Below, piece after piece: positions 39,172-49,726 of a stretch of 64,000 bases of DNA (position 1 is the first letter of the stretch; every line of letters begins with the position of its first letter). The notes beneath the pieces are model-generated. The model had not been told where the DNA came from. It searched no databases and saw only the letters and a list, made by a program, of their open reading frames with translations. Position numbers and translations under genes: made by a program. Source of the DNA: an uncultured virus (IMG/VR IMGVR_UViG_3300005201_000719) (Duplodnaviria > Heunggongvirae > Uroviricota > Caudoviricetes); IMG/VR virus record IMGVR_UViG_3300005201_000719. The stretch is one strand, 5' to 3'.

Positions 39172-39865
39172 GTACCTCTCTTAATTTTCTATCGCGCCAT
39201 TCCTCTATTTTTCTGTCTTGATATGGCGGACAGTGATAACAAGTGGAAGATCCGCAATCAATCCGCAATTCTCTGCATATTTTTGTATGAGATATATTTT
39301 CGATTTCTTTAATCCTTGCGATTTTTTCTTCAGTCGTCATAGTTCCCTGTCCTGTCAGCTTCTGCCAATTTATCTTCAAGTTCTTTGATATATCGGTTAA
39401 TCAATGACCGATACGAACGTCCGTCCCCTCCGCAAGAGGCTATAATCCTGTGAAGTTCTTTCAGAACATCAGCAATTTTTATTCTCATTCCAGTAACCCC
39501 CTTCTTTTGGCTTCTTCAAGCGCCAATGTAATGCCTATGTTTGTCTCGTACAAAACCAAAGCAATAGCCAACTTCCAGTCGGTAAGTCCGCACAATACAA
39601 CAGCTCCCACAAAACATAGATTTTCAAGGATTAGCCAGATGATTTTCATTTTCTTCTTTATAAGCATTTTGACCCCCCTAACAAAATTCAACTCTTTCAT
39701 AAGGGCAAGCTACGCCCCTACCTGATTTATCAAAGCAAACAAAGATAAACCGATCATTCCATGAAGTAACAAACCCGAATTCACGCCGCCCGTTATCCTC
39801 ATACACCACGGACAGCCCGTGTATTTCTTCATGGTTCTTTTCTTTGAGATACATGTCTGCTTTTG

Positions 39866-40273
39866 TCATTCTGAAACCTCCGTGTTCGGTACAAAAAATA
39901 CTTCAAAACTGGAATATGCCGCACCAATAATCATTTTCCCGTGATTTGGCCATAGATGAAGCAAGCCGCTTTTTTTGAGACAGTCTATACTCCATGCTCT
40001 TGGTTTTATTGACTTTGGAAGCCCGGTTTGAACACTCCATTTTCCGTAACCACCTATACCGTCGATGTGAATTACATCGCTGCAATCAGAACACCGGCAG
40101 ATAGGCACTCCGCCGTTACAAGCAACAAAATCCATAAGACGAAAACCGCTACTGTGGCATTTCCTTAGAGGAAGAATAACGATGCTGGTACATTCAAATT
40201 CTTTGTTCCGTTCTTCACGCCATGGAAGTTTATCAAATTCTTCCCTCGTCCACTCGCTTATATCTTTTTTCAT
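39866..40273 (-). CDS. Hypothetical phage protein
   Basis: HSSGFRLMDFV, WSIDCL; RBS present. Confidence 0.5.
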   Translation of the reverse strand: MKKDISEWTREEFDKLPWREERNKEFECTSIVILPLRKCHSSGFRLMDFVACNGGVPICRCSDCSDVIHIDGIGGYGKWSVQTGLPKSIKPRAWSIDCLKKSGLLHLWPNHGKMIIGAAYSSFEVFFVPNTEVSE

Positions 40274-40435
40274 AAAACCCCCTGTTCTCCCATTATTTGT
40301 TTAATGGCCTTTAATCGTGCATCTTCAAGTTTTTTTTCAAACGATTGACGCACATCGCTTCCACATCCATAATCGGATTTCCCCAACAGTTCGGAAATAA
40401 AATCCGATTCCCTCAGTGTAAGTTTCAATTCAACT

Positions 40436-40867
40436 TCATGCCCCATTTGTATACTCCTTCACGTTTTTCTCTATCCAGTCCAAAATTATTTCCATGGGTA
40501 TTGTTCCCCCTTCCGGCGGAAGCGGCGCGATAAACTCCCATTTGAAATCCTGATGATACTGGAATGCCAAATCCTGACCGATAAAAATTGACAGGATATT
40601 AAGCGCAAAATCTGACGGGCCGCTTCCGCCGTATCCCCATTCAAATCCGTCAGGGCTATGGTATGTTATACGGCACGGAACATTTGTATGTATTCCGTTT
40701 TCATCACGAGTACAAATAATATCCTCTTTCCAGTTTTCAATTTCTCCTACCTTCATAAATTCAAACACTCCTTGAAGATTGTTAATCGCCCTGCATATCG
40801 GACCGATACCCAATTTCATTGATAAGGGATTTGTTAAACGTCTTTTGCATTTACAGCAAACAATCAT
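40436..40867 (-). CDS. Zinc-ribbon (DUF6011-like) plus DUF6166-like protein
   Basis: CKCKRRLTNPLS...GIGPIC; HSPDGFEWGYGGSGP. Confidence 0.7.
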   Translation of the reverse strand: MIVCCKCKRRLTNPLSMKLGIGPICRAINNLQGVFEFMKVGEIENWKEDIICTRDENGIHTNVPCRITYHSPDGFEWGYGGSGPSDFALNILSIFIGQDLAFQYHQDFKWEFIAPLPPEGGTIPMEIILDWIEKNVKEYTNGA

Positions 40868-41104
40868 CTACACAATTCCACCTACCACGTTTTTCAAAAC
40901 TTTATCTGCGATCTTCTCTATCGCGTTGCTCATATAATTTTGATCATTTAGTTTTTGTCTGTACTTCTCAATTTGTTCCTCCGTTAATCCTCCCTGCATT
41001 AGTTTTTTAACCTTAGCTGGCTTACCCGTCGGCCGACCCCTTCGTGGTTTTGTGGTGCGTTCAAGGTAGCATAACAGCTCTTCAAACTTCATATTCTCTG
41101 CCAT
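40868..41104 (-). CDS. Small basic protein
   Basis: RRGRP motif; tight coupling to neighbouring genes. Confidence 0.45.
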   Translation of the reverse strand: MAENMKFEELLCYLERTTKPRRGRPTGKPAKVKKLMQGGLTEEQIEKYRQKLNDQNYMSNAIEKIADKVLKNVVGGIV

Positions 41105-42114
41105 CCTCTATGCAAAGCGTAATCGTATAAATCCCGCTGAGCTTCTTCAATCGTTGCCTTCTGTTTTATTTTTTTTGAATACATTCGACATAAACCGTTT
41201 TTGGTTTTTCTTACCGCGACATATTTCTTTTTACCTTTTTTGTCTATGATTTCAGCAATTACGTATTTACTCCCGGTGTTGCTTATGATCACCATCTTTT
41301 TATTTTTTACAATATCAAAGGATTTTCTCTTTAGGTTTGCTACTGCATTCATATTTAACGCAGTTGCTAAGTAGGCGCTTGTAATTTTTTTGTTCTCTGT
41401 ATACCAATTCATGTGGCACATAATACTATGAACCTGCCGCGATACCATATAAAGATTGTCTAAAGCAAAGTTCATTTTATTTTTATCCAGAAAAACAACG
41501 ACGTGTCCTTTTGGTACCGGGCCATGTTCACGCTCCCAAATTACAACGTGTTTCATTCTCCATAATCTTTGTGTTACTTGTGGTTTGTCAGATACTTTCA
41601 CCTCGACATAACCATCAACAGTGATCCGTTCACTCCCAACGGCCCGAACGTTTTTCTTATATCCAGAATGCCCTGGTCGGAACCAGCCTTTTTCACTGCC
41701 TGGGCTACAATAACCTTTCTTTCCTTTATTGTGAGTAACATGTCCTTTCTGGAAACATCCGGAAAATCCCGTTTGTATACCTAACCTCTTGCAGAGACTT
41801 GCCAGATTATGATCTGTTATTGAAAACCCAAAACGCTGATTAAAAGCTGGAAGAATTTCTGAATAATGATGTCCTGGAACGTTCTTTTTTAGCCATCTGC
41901 AATGTACCGGAAGGTATTTTTTATTCCAGCACCAGCCTATTTTAGGCCTGAATCCGCTTTTAAACCCATTTTTGTGACAAAAGTTTTTTAAACTGCTGCA
42001 TGTTACAGATAAGCGGAACCGGCGATTAAAAAGTTTTGTAAGATCTGCAAAACTACGCCCTTTGATATTCTTTTCGAGGAACAGAATATGTTCGGGCGTA
42101 TATATTTTTTGCAT
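41089..42114 (-). CDS. HNH endonuclease with repeated N-terminal domains
   Basis: FQKGH, GSERITVDGYVEVKV, KHVVIWE..HGPVPKGH, NFALDNL. Confidence 0.85.
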   Translation of the reverse strand: MQKIYTPEHILFLEKNIKGRSFADLTKLFNRRFRLSVTCSSLKNFCHKNGFKSGFRPKIGWCWNKKYLPVHCRWLKKNVPGHHYSEILPAFNQRFGFSITDHNLASLCKRLGIQTGFSGCFQKGHVTHNKGKKGYCSPGSEKGWFRPGHSGYKKNVRAVGSERITVDGYVEVKVSDKPQVTQRLWRMKHVVIWEREHGPVPKGHVVVFLDKNKMNFALDNLYMVSRQVHSIMCHMNWYTENKKITSAYLATALNMNAVANLKRKSFDIVKNKKMVIISNTGSKYVIAEIIDKKGKKKYVAVRKTKNGLCRMYSKKIKQKATIEEAQRDLYDYALHRGWQRI

Positions 42115-42118
42115 TGTC

Positions 42119-42424
42119 TTACTGACCACTCTTGCCACTCGGCGGCGGCAAAGCCTCCGCATCCCGATCCACCCAACGGTAGGTATCGGGTATTTTTACT
42201 TTTCCGGCTGCCTCCACTCGAAGCTTTATCACATCAAGGCCAAGGCGGCCATTGCTGATAAGCTGGGCAGACACTCTGTTAATCGCCTCCGATCTCATAA
42301 TCTCATTCCGCAGTTCCTCGCCTTTCATTTCATTTTCATCCAGATCATTGAGCCTTTCTAATTGCTCAAAAAGGATGTCATGAAGATCGCTCGCTTTGTT
42401 TTTCATCTCTCTTCCTCCGTTCAA
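42119..42424 (-). CDS. Hypothetical phage protein
   Basis: DLHDILFEQLERLND motif, commonly found upstream of this HNH type. Confidence 0.6.
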   Translation of the reverse strand: MNGGREMKNKASDLHDILFEQLERLNDLDENEMKGEELRNEIMRSEAINRVSAQLISNGRLGLDVIKLRVEAAGKVKIPDTYRWVDRDAEALPPPSGKSGQ

Positions 42425-42465
42425 ACTCTATAAAATCAGCAGCATCACTCGCCGCTGTTTATGCC

Positions 42466-43104
42466 TCATTTTTCAGGATCGCCCATGTTAAAAATCTCTG
42501 GACACACCTCACGACATTTTTCGTACAATGGTGTCATTAAAGCCCGCATATCAGGGTGGGCAGCTTTTGAAATTGCACGTAAACTAAAGATGTGCCGCCA
42601 CTCGCGGAAATTAGCCTTAACGACGATTTCCGTTTTGACACAGTTAGGCAAGACTGACCGCGCTATTTGTGGTGTGACTTTATTGTTTAACAATGATAAG
42701 TAGGAACTTGCTGCTCCGCGGCACCCAAGTTCCCAAAGATACTCTGTGTCTTCTGCGTTCAAACCTGACGGTTTAATGAATGTTATATCATGACCGAATT
42801 TTTCACTACTGCAGTTACAGTAGCGCGTACTTTCCTGCACAAACGAACATAGCCTGTGCCGTACAAGCTCGTGAGTTACACCACGATCGGTAATAAATTT
42901 TACAACCATATTACCAAACTCGATAACCGCAAGATGACCGCGGCTGATGATTTTAGTAATAAACGGCAACGCAGAACTTTCGGTTATTTTGTCCTCAGAC
43001 TTATATGCCGTCCGCCCTGCAACCTCAATGAGTTTAAATTCCTTTTCCCATTCTTCCTTAGTCCGTGGGTAAAGAACTTCAAAACTCGGTCTCACAATTT
43101 TCAT
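42466..43104 (-). CDS. thyX: FAD-dependent thymidylate synthase
   Basis: DRGVTHELVRHR, QESTRY, ARSVLPN, NFREWRH. Confidence 0.93.
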   Translation of the reverse strand: MKIVRPSFEVLYPRTKEEWEKEFKLIEVAGRTAYKSEDKITESSALPFITKIISRGHLAVIEFGNMVVKFITDRGVTHELVRHRLCSFVQESTRYCNCSSEKFGHDITFIKPSGLNAEDTEYLWELGCRGAASSYLSLLNNKVTPQIARSVLPNCVKTEIVVKANFREWRHIFSLRAISKAAHPDMRALMTPLYEKCREVCPEIFNMGDPEK

Positions 43105-43126
43105 AACATACTCCCGTTCTAAAAAA

Positions 43127-44041
43127 TTATTTAACAAAAACCCATTTTCCTTGGTCTTCATCAAATTCAATAATTTTGTGGCATGACAAACACATAATTC
43201 GGTTGCCATTCTTCTTAAAACCTTCCTCGCTCCCGCAATCGCATTTCTGCGGAGGATTATGCCTGGCCTTTTCAACAGCCTCTTTGCGTATCTTTTCCCT
43301 TACGGTTTTTTCCTGTCGTGCTTTCCACTGTGGGAATTCTTCCCGAAGATCCTCCCAGGACTTTACAGCGGAGATAAAAATCGGTTTGAGCCCATCGGCA
43401 TCTTTGTCAGGATATTTTTTCCGGACCTTAATCGCGCAGAATTCAAGAAATGAATTGGGGCCGATTAGCCAAGAAGAATCATCATGGTGATTGATGAATG
43501 TTCTTGCCGTAACGGTGTTAATAAAAAAGCCGTGAGCTGATGACTCTTTTTTTATTTGATCAATGAGTGGCGGTTGTTTTGTACTCCGATCATTACCACT
43601 ACCACTATCTAAATTTATATTTTCAGAATCAAGATCATTATCAGAAACAAGATCACTAACAAGATCACTACCACTATCAGTTATTTTTGTTATTTCTGTT
43701 ATGCTCTGATAACACATGTTATTGCTGTTATTCGTGTTATCATCTGTTATTTGTGTTATTTCTCCTTTTCTCTTTCCCCACCGTTTCTCCATCCCCCTTT
43801 TTCCCGCTTCGCTTTTTGCTTTAACCGTTTCTTCCCATTTCTCTCTATTGGCATCAATATCGCACTTGATAATTCCAAATAAAATTGTTAATGCCTGGTT
43901 CTTAAAATCAGGTTCTTTGCCGGTTTTGTCATAACTGATAATTCCCCTCATTAACAAACCAAAATCAGCATCAGATAATTTTGCGTTGTCTATATAGTCG
44001 ATATATTTATATTTGATTAAGACAGAATGTTTATCAGCCAT
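43127..44041 (-). CDS. Replication initiator (DUF6291-like N-terminus)
   Basis: LSDADFGLLMRGI, SEAGKRGMEKRW; internal repeat tract. Confidence 0.75.
   Translation of the reverse strand: MADKHSVLIKYKYIDYIDNAKLSDADFGLLMRGIISYDKTGKEPDFKNQALTILFGIIKCDIDANREKWEETVKAKSEAGKRGMEKRWGKRKGEITQITDDNTNNSNNMCYQSITEITKITDSGSDLVSDLVSDNDLDSENINLDSGSGNDRSTKQPPLIDQIKKESSAHGFFINTVTARTFINHHDDSSWLIGPNSFLEFCAIKVRKKYPDKDADGLKPIFISAVKSWEDLREEFPQWKARQEKTVREKIRKEAVEKARHNPPQKCDCGSEEGFKKNGNRIMCLSCHKIIEFDEDQGKWVFVK
43590..43765 (+). repeat. Iteron-like repeats inside the initiator gene (candidate phage origin)
   Basis: Clustered TGTTAT repeats and ACAAGATCACTA direct repeats. Confidence 0.55.
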
Positions 44042-44409
44042 TATTGTTCCCCTCTCGTTTGAACATTCAGAAAAGTTAATTTTCCCTGCTGATACATTTC
44101 CTTGATGATTGGCAATAGCAGCTCAATATCTCCGGCAAGTTTCCGCACCCTTGCGGATTTGTTATTTGCCTCAGCGCGGGTTACCCTTTCGAGGTACGCA
44201 TCAAGTACAAAGCGTGATAGGTATCTTTCTTCATGGAAATACGGCTGCCCCCGGGCAAAATCCTCCATAGGAATCCGTATTTTGATTTCACAATACCGCC
44301 TCGTAGAGCGGGGTTTTGCGGGTTTCCGTGTAGAACTACCATTTTTGGCGCCGCGCTTCTTGACGGTAGCTACAGGTAGCTTTCCGGGGGATTTTTTAGG
44401 GGTTCCCAT
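44041..44409 (-). CDS. Basic hypothetical protein
   Basis: Lys/Arg-rich N-terminus; coupled ORF. Confidence 0.5.
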   Translation of the reverse strand: MGTPKKSPGKLPVATVKKRGAKNGSSTRKPAKPRSTRRYCEIKIRIPMEDFARGQPYFHEERYLSRFVLDAYLERVTRAEANNKSARVRKLAGDIELLLPIIKEMYQQGKLTFLNVQTRGEQ

Positions 44410-45082
44410 AGTACCTACTTTCCGGAAAAATCCTATAGATGTTCTTTTTCAGGTGTACCTCGGTGTGGCGCCCCAACCGGTTTATGAGCTCCTTTATCTT
44501 CTCCCTGGGCGGTTCCGGCAGATTGTTCCCGCCGCTATCAGCGCCGATGTTTACCTGCATTGGGTTGGCCTCAAGGATCATGCCGATAAAAGGATCGAGA
44601 TCAAAGTCTAAAACCGGCTCGACTGTGACCATCCGCTTCCCTTCCCATTGGCATAGATATTTGATCCGCTCAATCGGTGGGGGGGCTTTGGTTATAAGAG
44701 GATAGCCCCTGTTGCTTTCGATGGTTACGCAGGCAATATCCGAGGGGCCCGGCTCTATCAGGCTTACAAGGCGGTACGGATTTTTTGTGTGCCAAAGGTA
44801 TGTGTTGCCGGGATACAGCAGAGTATGATCTCGCACTTTATTTATCCAATCGAGAGGCACATCCGGGTGAAACAAATCGCACCCGGAACAAATGAAAATG
44901 AAGTTACCTTGCCCCATGTCTGCCCTCAATTCGGCTTCCATTAGGTGGAGCGGGGCCGGTTTTCCCCATCCTTTGACATAGCAATATGAGCAGTCATAGG
45001 GGCAATCTCCCCGTACCGGCGTCCAGGTATCAGTAACGAACTGGTACATATTGCTGTTTGGAGACACTTTTTTAAGAGGCAC
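44396..45082 (-). CDS. Radical SAM protein (DUF5131/SPL-like)
   Basis: TWTPVRGDCPYDCSYCY, TKNP, VTVEP; GTG start with AGGAGG RBS. Confidence 0.8.
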   Translation of the reverse strand: MPLKKVSPNSNMYQFVTDTWTPVRGDCPYDCSYCYVKGWGKPAPLHLMEAELRADMGQGNFIFICSGCDLFHPDVPLDWINKVRDHTLLYPGNTYLWHTKNPYRLVSLIEPGPSDIACVTIESNRGYPLITKAPPPIERIKYLCQWEGKRMVTVEPVLDFDLDPFIGMILEANPMQVNIGADSGGNNLPEPPREKIKELINRLGRHTEVHLKKNIYRIFPESRYYGNP

Positions 45083-45256
45083 GATTGGCCTCCTTTTTAT
45101 TACTCCCCAAGAACCACTGGATTCCAAACGCGACGCTGTTTAACACTGCGACTACCAGCCACACAAGAGGGCTAACGGATCTCGCCTCTCTTCCTATGAC
45201 AACGGCGGCCAGAATGACACCAATAACATTCCAGATCATAAAAAACTTTCTTAACA

Positions 45257-45661
45257 TCAGTTCCCCTCCCTGATTTCCGTTTTTTCCCGTGCTCTACTAA
45301 GAATGCGGTCATAAACATCTAGCGGCAGATACGCTTTTGCCTGTTCCATAAAATAATCGCTGGTCGTTCTGCCGCTGATGCGGTGCTTCTTGATTAAGCT
45401 ATTCACGTAAGATAAAACCCGCTGGTTAATCGACATGGCCGACCTGTGGCGGCGGAACTGTTCTTTTGTCCAGCCTTCGCCTCCGTTGGCATATTCGATC
45501 TGCTTTTCTTTTATGATTGCAGATATACCGCTGATTTTTTTGTTTATTCGCACTCTCAATGTTTCCAGATCATCAAGAGACATGGCCTGTAAATCGGCAT
45601 CGGTATATTCGTTGTCATCAATTTTGAAAACGTCCTGGTCTATTGCGTCATGTAGTGTCAT
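45257..45661 (-). CDS. Hypothetical coiled-coil protein
   Basis: 134-aa ORF in the operon. Confidence 0.5.
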   Translation of the reverse strand: MTLHDAIDQDVFKIDDNEYTDADLQAMSLDDLETLRVRINKKISGISAIIKEKQIEYANGGEGWTKEQFRRHRSAMSINQRVLSYVNSLIKKHRISGRTTSDYFMEQAKAYLPLDVYDRILSRAREKTEIREGN

Positions 45662-46310
45662 TTCCCATTCTCCCCCGGCCAGTCAAAGACCTTGAAAATT
45701 ACGCTTTTGCCATCTTTGCGATCATGTTTACTACACAACACGTCCCCGCAATTACCTTCAAAGGCACATTCCGAACAATGGCAGCATAAACATTCCGAAG
45801 GCGGTGTTTTGCAGCAATTCACTTCCACAGGCACAATCGCCTTTCCTAAAGGTATGTCAATCAATTTGTGCCTCCTTCTTCGATATATTTTCTAAAGGCT
45901 TGCCTCCGGCTTTTTTAACCTCTTCCTCAGTAATACTAAATTCAAGCTGGTCCCCATATTCCATAAACCTATCCGCGTTTTCGTGTAGCTTTTTTAGCAT
46001 CAGGTTATAGCCTTTGTAGGTACGCAGTTTATTAAAGCGCAAAAAACAATCGTGGCTGTCAAACCACTGGATAACGTGCCTAAGTGCCGTTTTGTAGCCG
46101 ACTGTAAAGCGCAGGTCAAAGATCACTGTTTCGCCTCCACTTCAATCTTTTTGATTTCATGGGTCTTAAAATTCAACGTTAAAAGAGGATGCTTATCAGG
46201 AGGACGTATCACTTCTTTTTTCAAGCCGATGTCAACATAATCATCGTCAATCTCTAAATACTTGACATTAAAAGCCTCTGATTCTCCGTTTGCAAAATGA
46301 ATAATAGCTT

Positions 46311-47117
46311 TCATTCTGATACCTCCAGCTTTGAAATTAAATCTTTGGCTATGCGGACAGCGATTTCGGTTCTTTGACGTTGCCACGCTCCAACTGATGG
46401 GGCCCACCGGAAACCGTGCTTTTTAAGCATTGTTCGTATTTCCTCTGACGGTTTCCCATCAAAAATAAATTGAACGCGGTTTATATCCACATCGACACGC
46501 ATCTCTCCGCCAGAGAATGTGATTATTTCCGCAGCCATGGTGTCAAGTTTCGACAGTGATTCCAGTTTTTCTTTTATACGGTGGATTTCAGCGTTGTTAT
46601 TGCTTAGTTTCCAACTCTCAAACGGTCCGGATTTTTGCACCCGCGAATAGGCTGTCTTCATTTGTTCGTCAACCTCTGCGGCCGTTTCATCCGACAACCC
46701 CGGATATCCTTTCATGGTTTTATGTTTTCGCCAGTATGCATTCGCAGATTTCATCCATTCCTGCGCTTGCTCAAGGTTTGCCAGTTTTTCCTTATACAGA
46801 TTGGCCGCTTCTGGATTGTCTCCGCTGATAGAACTATTGTTCTCTGCGGTATCAGCTCTGCCGGCGTAATGGTCGGCCTTCTCACCCGCCGCGGCGGATT
46901 TACGGTGTGCTGTTTCAATCTTCTTTATAGCCGCCCGATGCCTTCCTTCTGAGTGATGGCCTACTAATATGGGTTGCCCAAAAGGGATGGCGCTCCCGAT
47001 ATTTTCAGCTTTCTTGTGCTGTGCTTCCGCTTCTTTCCGTGCTTTTTCAGCACATTCATTTAAGCGATCTATTTTTTGTTCTTTCCGATCTTCGTAATCG
47101 GTTCTTCCGATTGGCAT
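46311..47117 (-). CDS. DUF3560-like protein
   Basis: IPFGQPILVGHHSE, LKKHGFRWAPS..AWQR. Confidence 0.8.
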   Translation of the reverse strand: MPIGRTDYEDRKEQKIDRLNECAEKARKEAEAQHKKAENIGSAIPFGQPILVGHHSEGRHRAAIKKIETAHRKSAAAGEKADHYAGRADTAENNSSISGDNPEAANLYKEKLANLEQAQEWMKSANAYWRKHKTMKGYPGLSDETAAEVDEQMKTAYSRVQKSGPFESWKLSNNNAEIHRIKEKLESLSKLDTMAAEIITFSGGEMRVDVDINRVQFIFDGKPSEEIRTMLKKHGFRWAPSVGAWQRQRTEIAVRIAKDLISKLEVSE

Positions 47118-47272
47118 TCTTTCCTCCCATCTTGTGTACCCGCAGTTTTCGGGCAATTTGCCATAGCGACATTGGCGGGGCAACCGGCCCAGTAACACCA
47201 GGCCGGATCACCGTCGTCAGCAAGGTAGTCTCTGCATTTAATCCGTTTGCAAACTACCACCTCGCTCATGTT

Positions 47273-48934
47273 TTAATCATTCCTCTTTTTACCGGAACCG
47301 GTCTTTTTAACAGGTTTTTTCGCCGCAGGTTTTCTCTTGCCCTGGGCTGGTTTGGCTTCTGTTTCTGTCTTTACAGGAGCAGGCGGAGCTTTCGGCTTCG
47401 GTATCATCGCCTGAATATCAGGGCGGTATAATTCCATGACCCTTTCTTTACTTACACCCAGCCATTTGAGGAAACCCATGTGCCTGCCATTTTCCAAATC
47501 GTCCGGATCTGGCAAATCATTTTCACAAAATGAAACGGCAGATAATAACAAAAACAGTTTTTCTTTGGAGAGTTTGGTTAGGTCTGGAATTTGTTTCTCG
47601 GAATAATCGCTCCCCATGAACAGCTTGAAGATTTTTTTTGTCTGATCTCCAATACGGTCAAAAATCTTTTCTTTCAAATACCATTCGATGTCCGATTCCG
47701 CAGGCTTCACTTTCAAACGTTCTTCAAGAAGCGGCAAAAAGTGTTTTTTCTGGAGTTTGTCATCCATTTGCCATGGATACAATTTGTTAGAATTCGCTTC
47801 CAACGATTTAATGGCGGTTACGGTTTCTTCCTTTGACAGCCCCAGCAATTTTACGGCAGGTGCAAAACGGCTTTCTGAAACCGGACGCTGGTGTTCCGCC
47901 GCGCTAATTCGTTTTTCTTCTTTCCAGTATACGGCTTTGATTTCCAGATTACCGTTACTCGAAAGGGACATTTTGAAACACGGCTTTGCGTTTTTACATG
48001 GCTTGTCATCGGGGTTGTTATAACCAGCACGAATTAACGTGTACTTTGCATTGTCAATTTTGACTTCCTTTCCCAAAATCCTGCGGAGCGATTGATCGCC
48101 GTATGCAATAAGAAATGTTTCCTCATGGGTTTTATGCCGCGTTTTCAGATTCTTGAGCTTTGTAGATAGCAGTGCTTTCCATTTCTGTAAATAGCACTCA
48201 TGATTCAAGCACGAATCGTCCGTGTGGGTAAGTTCCGGGAACAGGCTTTTGTCCTCAAAGAACGTTCTTGTTTTGCAGGTTTCGCACTGCCCATCGGCGA
48301 TGCACTTGTAGAGGTTATCATGCTGCCGTTGCGACACAAAGGAAATGGCTTCATAATCGCCAATTTCTCTTTTGTGGTCTTTATACTTTTCGCAGAACGC
48401 CTTTTGCCCTTCCGTGTCCAGCGTTTTAAGCATAGCCGCAGCATGAAGGGAAATAATGCCGTTCCGGAACAGGGCTTTGACCTCATCAATAAGATCCAGA
48501 AGCTGTAACCGCTGGTAAATCTCATTTACTTTACGGTCAAACCTTTTAGAAAGAACCTGAATGGTCTCCCCGTTCACTAAAAGCTTTTGAAAAATAGTCG
48601 CTTCATCAAGCGGGTGCATGGCAAGCCGATTGATGTTTTCCGACCCGGCGATCTCGTCGGCGTGTTCGATCTCATCCCCTTCAAGTATGCGACAGGGTAT
48701 GTCTTCCCAGCCGAGCTGGGTTACAGCCCTTACGCGCCGGCGCCCGGCAACGACTTCAAAAAGCTCTGCGCTTTCACCTTCATCAACTTCCTCGATTGTC
48801 GGTTTCACGACAATGGGGTTAATGACGCCGATTAACTTAATGTCCCTAGCGAGGGTTTCAATTTCCCCTTCACCGCCGTAGGTGCGGTTACCAGAAAACC
48901 GCAAAGCGGCCAATGCAATTTTTTCTTCTCTCAT
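47273..48934 (-). CDS. ParB/Spo0J-family protein
   Basis: GVINPIVV, EVVAGRRRVRA, SENINRLAMHPLDEA. Confidence 0.85.
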   Translation of the reverse strand: MREEKIALAALRFSGNRTYGGEGEIETLARDIKLIGVINPIVVKPTIEEVDEGESAELFEVVAGRRRVRAVTQLGWEDIPCRILEGDEIEHADEIAGSENINRLAMHPLDEATIFQKLLVNGETIQVLSKRFDRKVNEIYQRLQLLDLIDEVKALFRNGIISLHAAAMLKTLDTEGQKAFCEKYKDHKREIGDYEAISFVSQRQHDNLYKCIADGQCETCKTRTFFEDKSLFPELTHTDDSCLNHECYLQKWKALLSTKLKNLKTRHKTHEETFLIAYGDQSLRRILGKEVKIDNAKYTLIRAGYNNPDDKPCKNAKPCFKMSLSSNGNLEIKAVYWKEEKRISAAEHQRPVSESRFAPAVKLLGLSKEETVTAIKSLEANSNKLYPWQMDDKLQKKHFLPLLEERLKVKPAESDIEWYLKEKIFDRIGDQTKKIFKLFMGSDYSEKQIPDLTKLSKEKLFLLLSAVSFCENDLPDPDDLENGRHMGFLKWLGVSKERVMELYRPDIQAMIPKPKAPPAPVKTETEAKPAQGKRKPAAKKPVKKTGSGKKRND

Positions 48935-49281
48935 AAATCGATCTCCTTACTCTTTGATACAGGGCGGAATTCAACATGTTCCGCCACAACGATTACTTTG
49001 GAATGGGACTTGCCCTCCGAATCATGCCACCGTTCCTGTTTGAGCCGTCCAACTACTCGGACAGGACGGCCCTTGTGTCCAAGGTTGTAGCAGTTCTCCG
49101 CCAGCTTTGCCCAGGTTTCCACGTCAAAGAAACTTACTTCCCTTTCCAACCCAGAATCAAGTTTGAAGAACCGATTGGAAGCAATGGTAAAATTGCAAAT
49201 GGGAGTTCCTTTGGGGGTAACCCGGTACAGTGGGTCCCGTACCAGATTACCTTCGATTAAAATCGAGTTGAGGTTATTCAT
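48931..49281 (-). CDS. ssb: Single-stranded DNA-binding protein, short form without an acidic tail
   Basis: LNSILIEGNLVRDP, VRVVGRLKQERW. Confidence 0.9.
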   Translation of the reverse strand: MNNLNSILIEGNLVRDPLYRVTPKGTPICNFTIASNRFFKLDSGLEREVSFFDVETWAKLAENCYNLGHKGRPVRVVGRLKQERWHDSEGKSHSKVIVVAEHVEFRPVSKSKEIDL

Positions 49282-49291
49282 CTGCCTAACC

Positions 49292-49714
49292 TCAAAATGG
49301 AATGTCTTCATAAGGCGGATATCCATCACCTGCTGATGATTGGGGTTCCTGTGTTTGCCCTGATCCGCCGTCAGAACCTGCCGATGATCCGCCTAAGAGC
49401 TGAACAGATGAAGCGGTAACCGTAACCTTGCTTCTTTTTTGTCCGTCCTTTTCCCAGCGTTCCTGGGTCAATTCTCCAACCACGGCGATCTGTTTTCCTT
49501 TTGACAGGTACTGCTTAAGGTGTTCTGCGAGTTGTCCCCAGAGGACAATTTCAAAAAATCCCGGCTCATCTTTCCACTGATCTTCGATTTTCCGTTTCTT
49601 ATTTACGGCGATAGAAAACTTCCCAACCGCTTTCCCGGCAGTGGTAAATCTAAGATCCATGTCGTGGGTTAAACGCCCGATTAAAAAAACTTGATTCACA
49701 TCTGAAACCGACAT
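49292..49714 (-). CDS. ssb: Single-stranded DNA-binding protein
   Basis: NQVFLIGRLT, YLSKGKQIAV, C-terminal EDIPF. Confidence 0.92.
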   Translation of the reverse strand: MSVSDVNQVFLIGRLTHDMDLRFTTAGKAVGKFSIAVNKKRKIEDQWKDEPGFFEIVLWGQLAEHLKQYLSKGKQIAVVGELTQERWEKDGQKRSKVTVTASSVQLLGGSSAGSDGGSGQTQEPQSSAGDGYPPYEDIPF

Positions 49715-49726
49715 ATCTATTACCCC

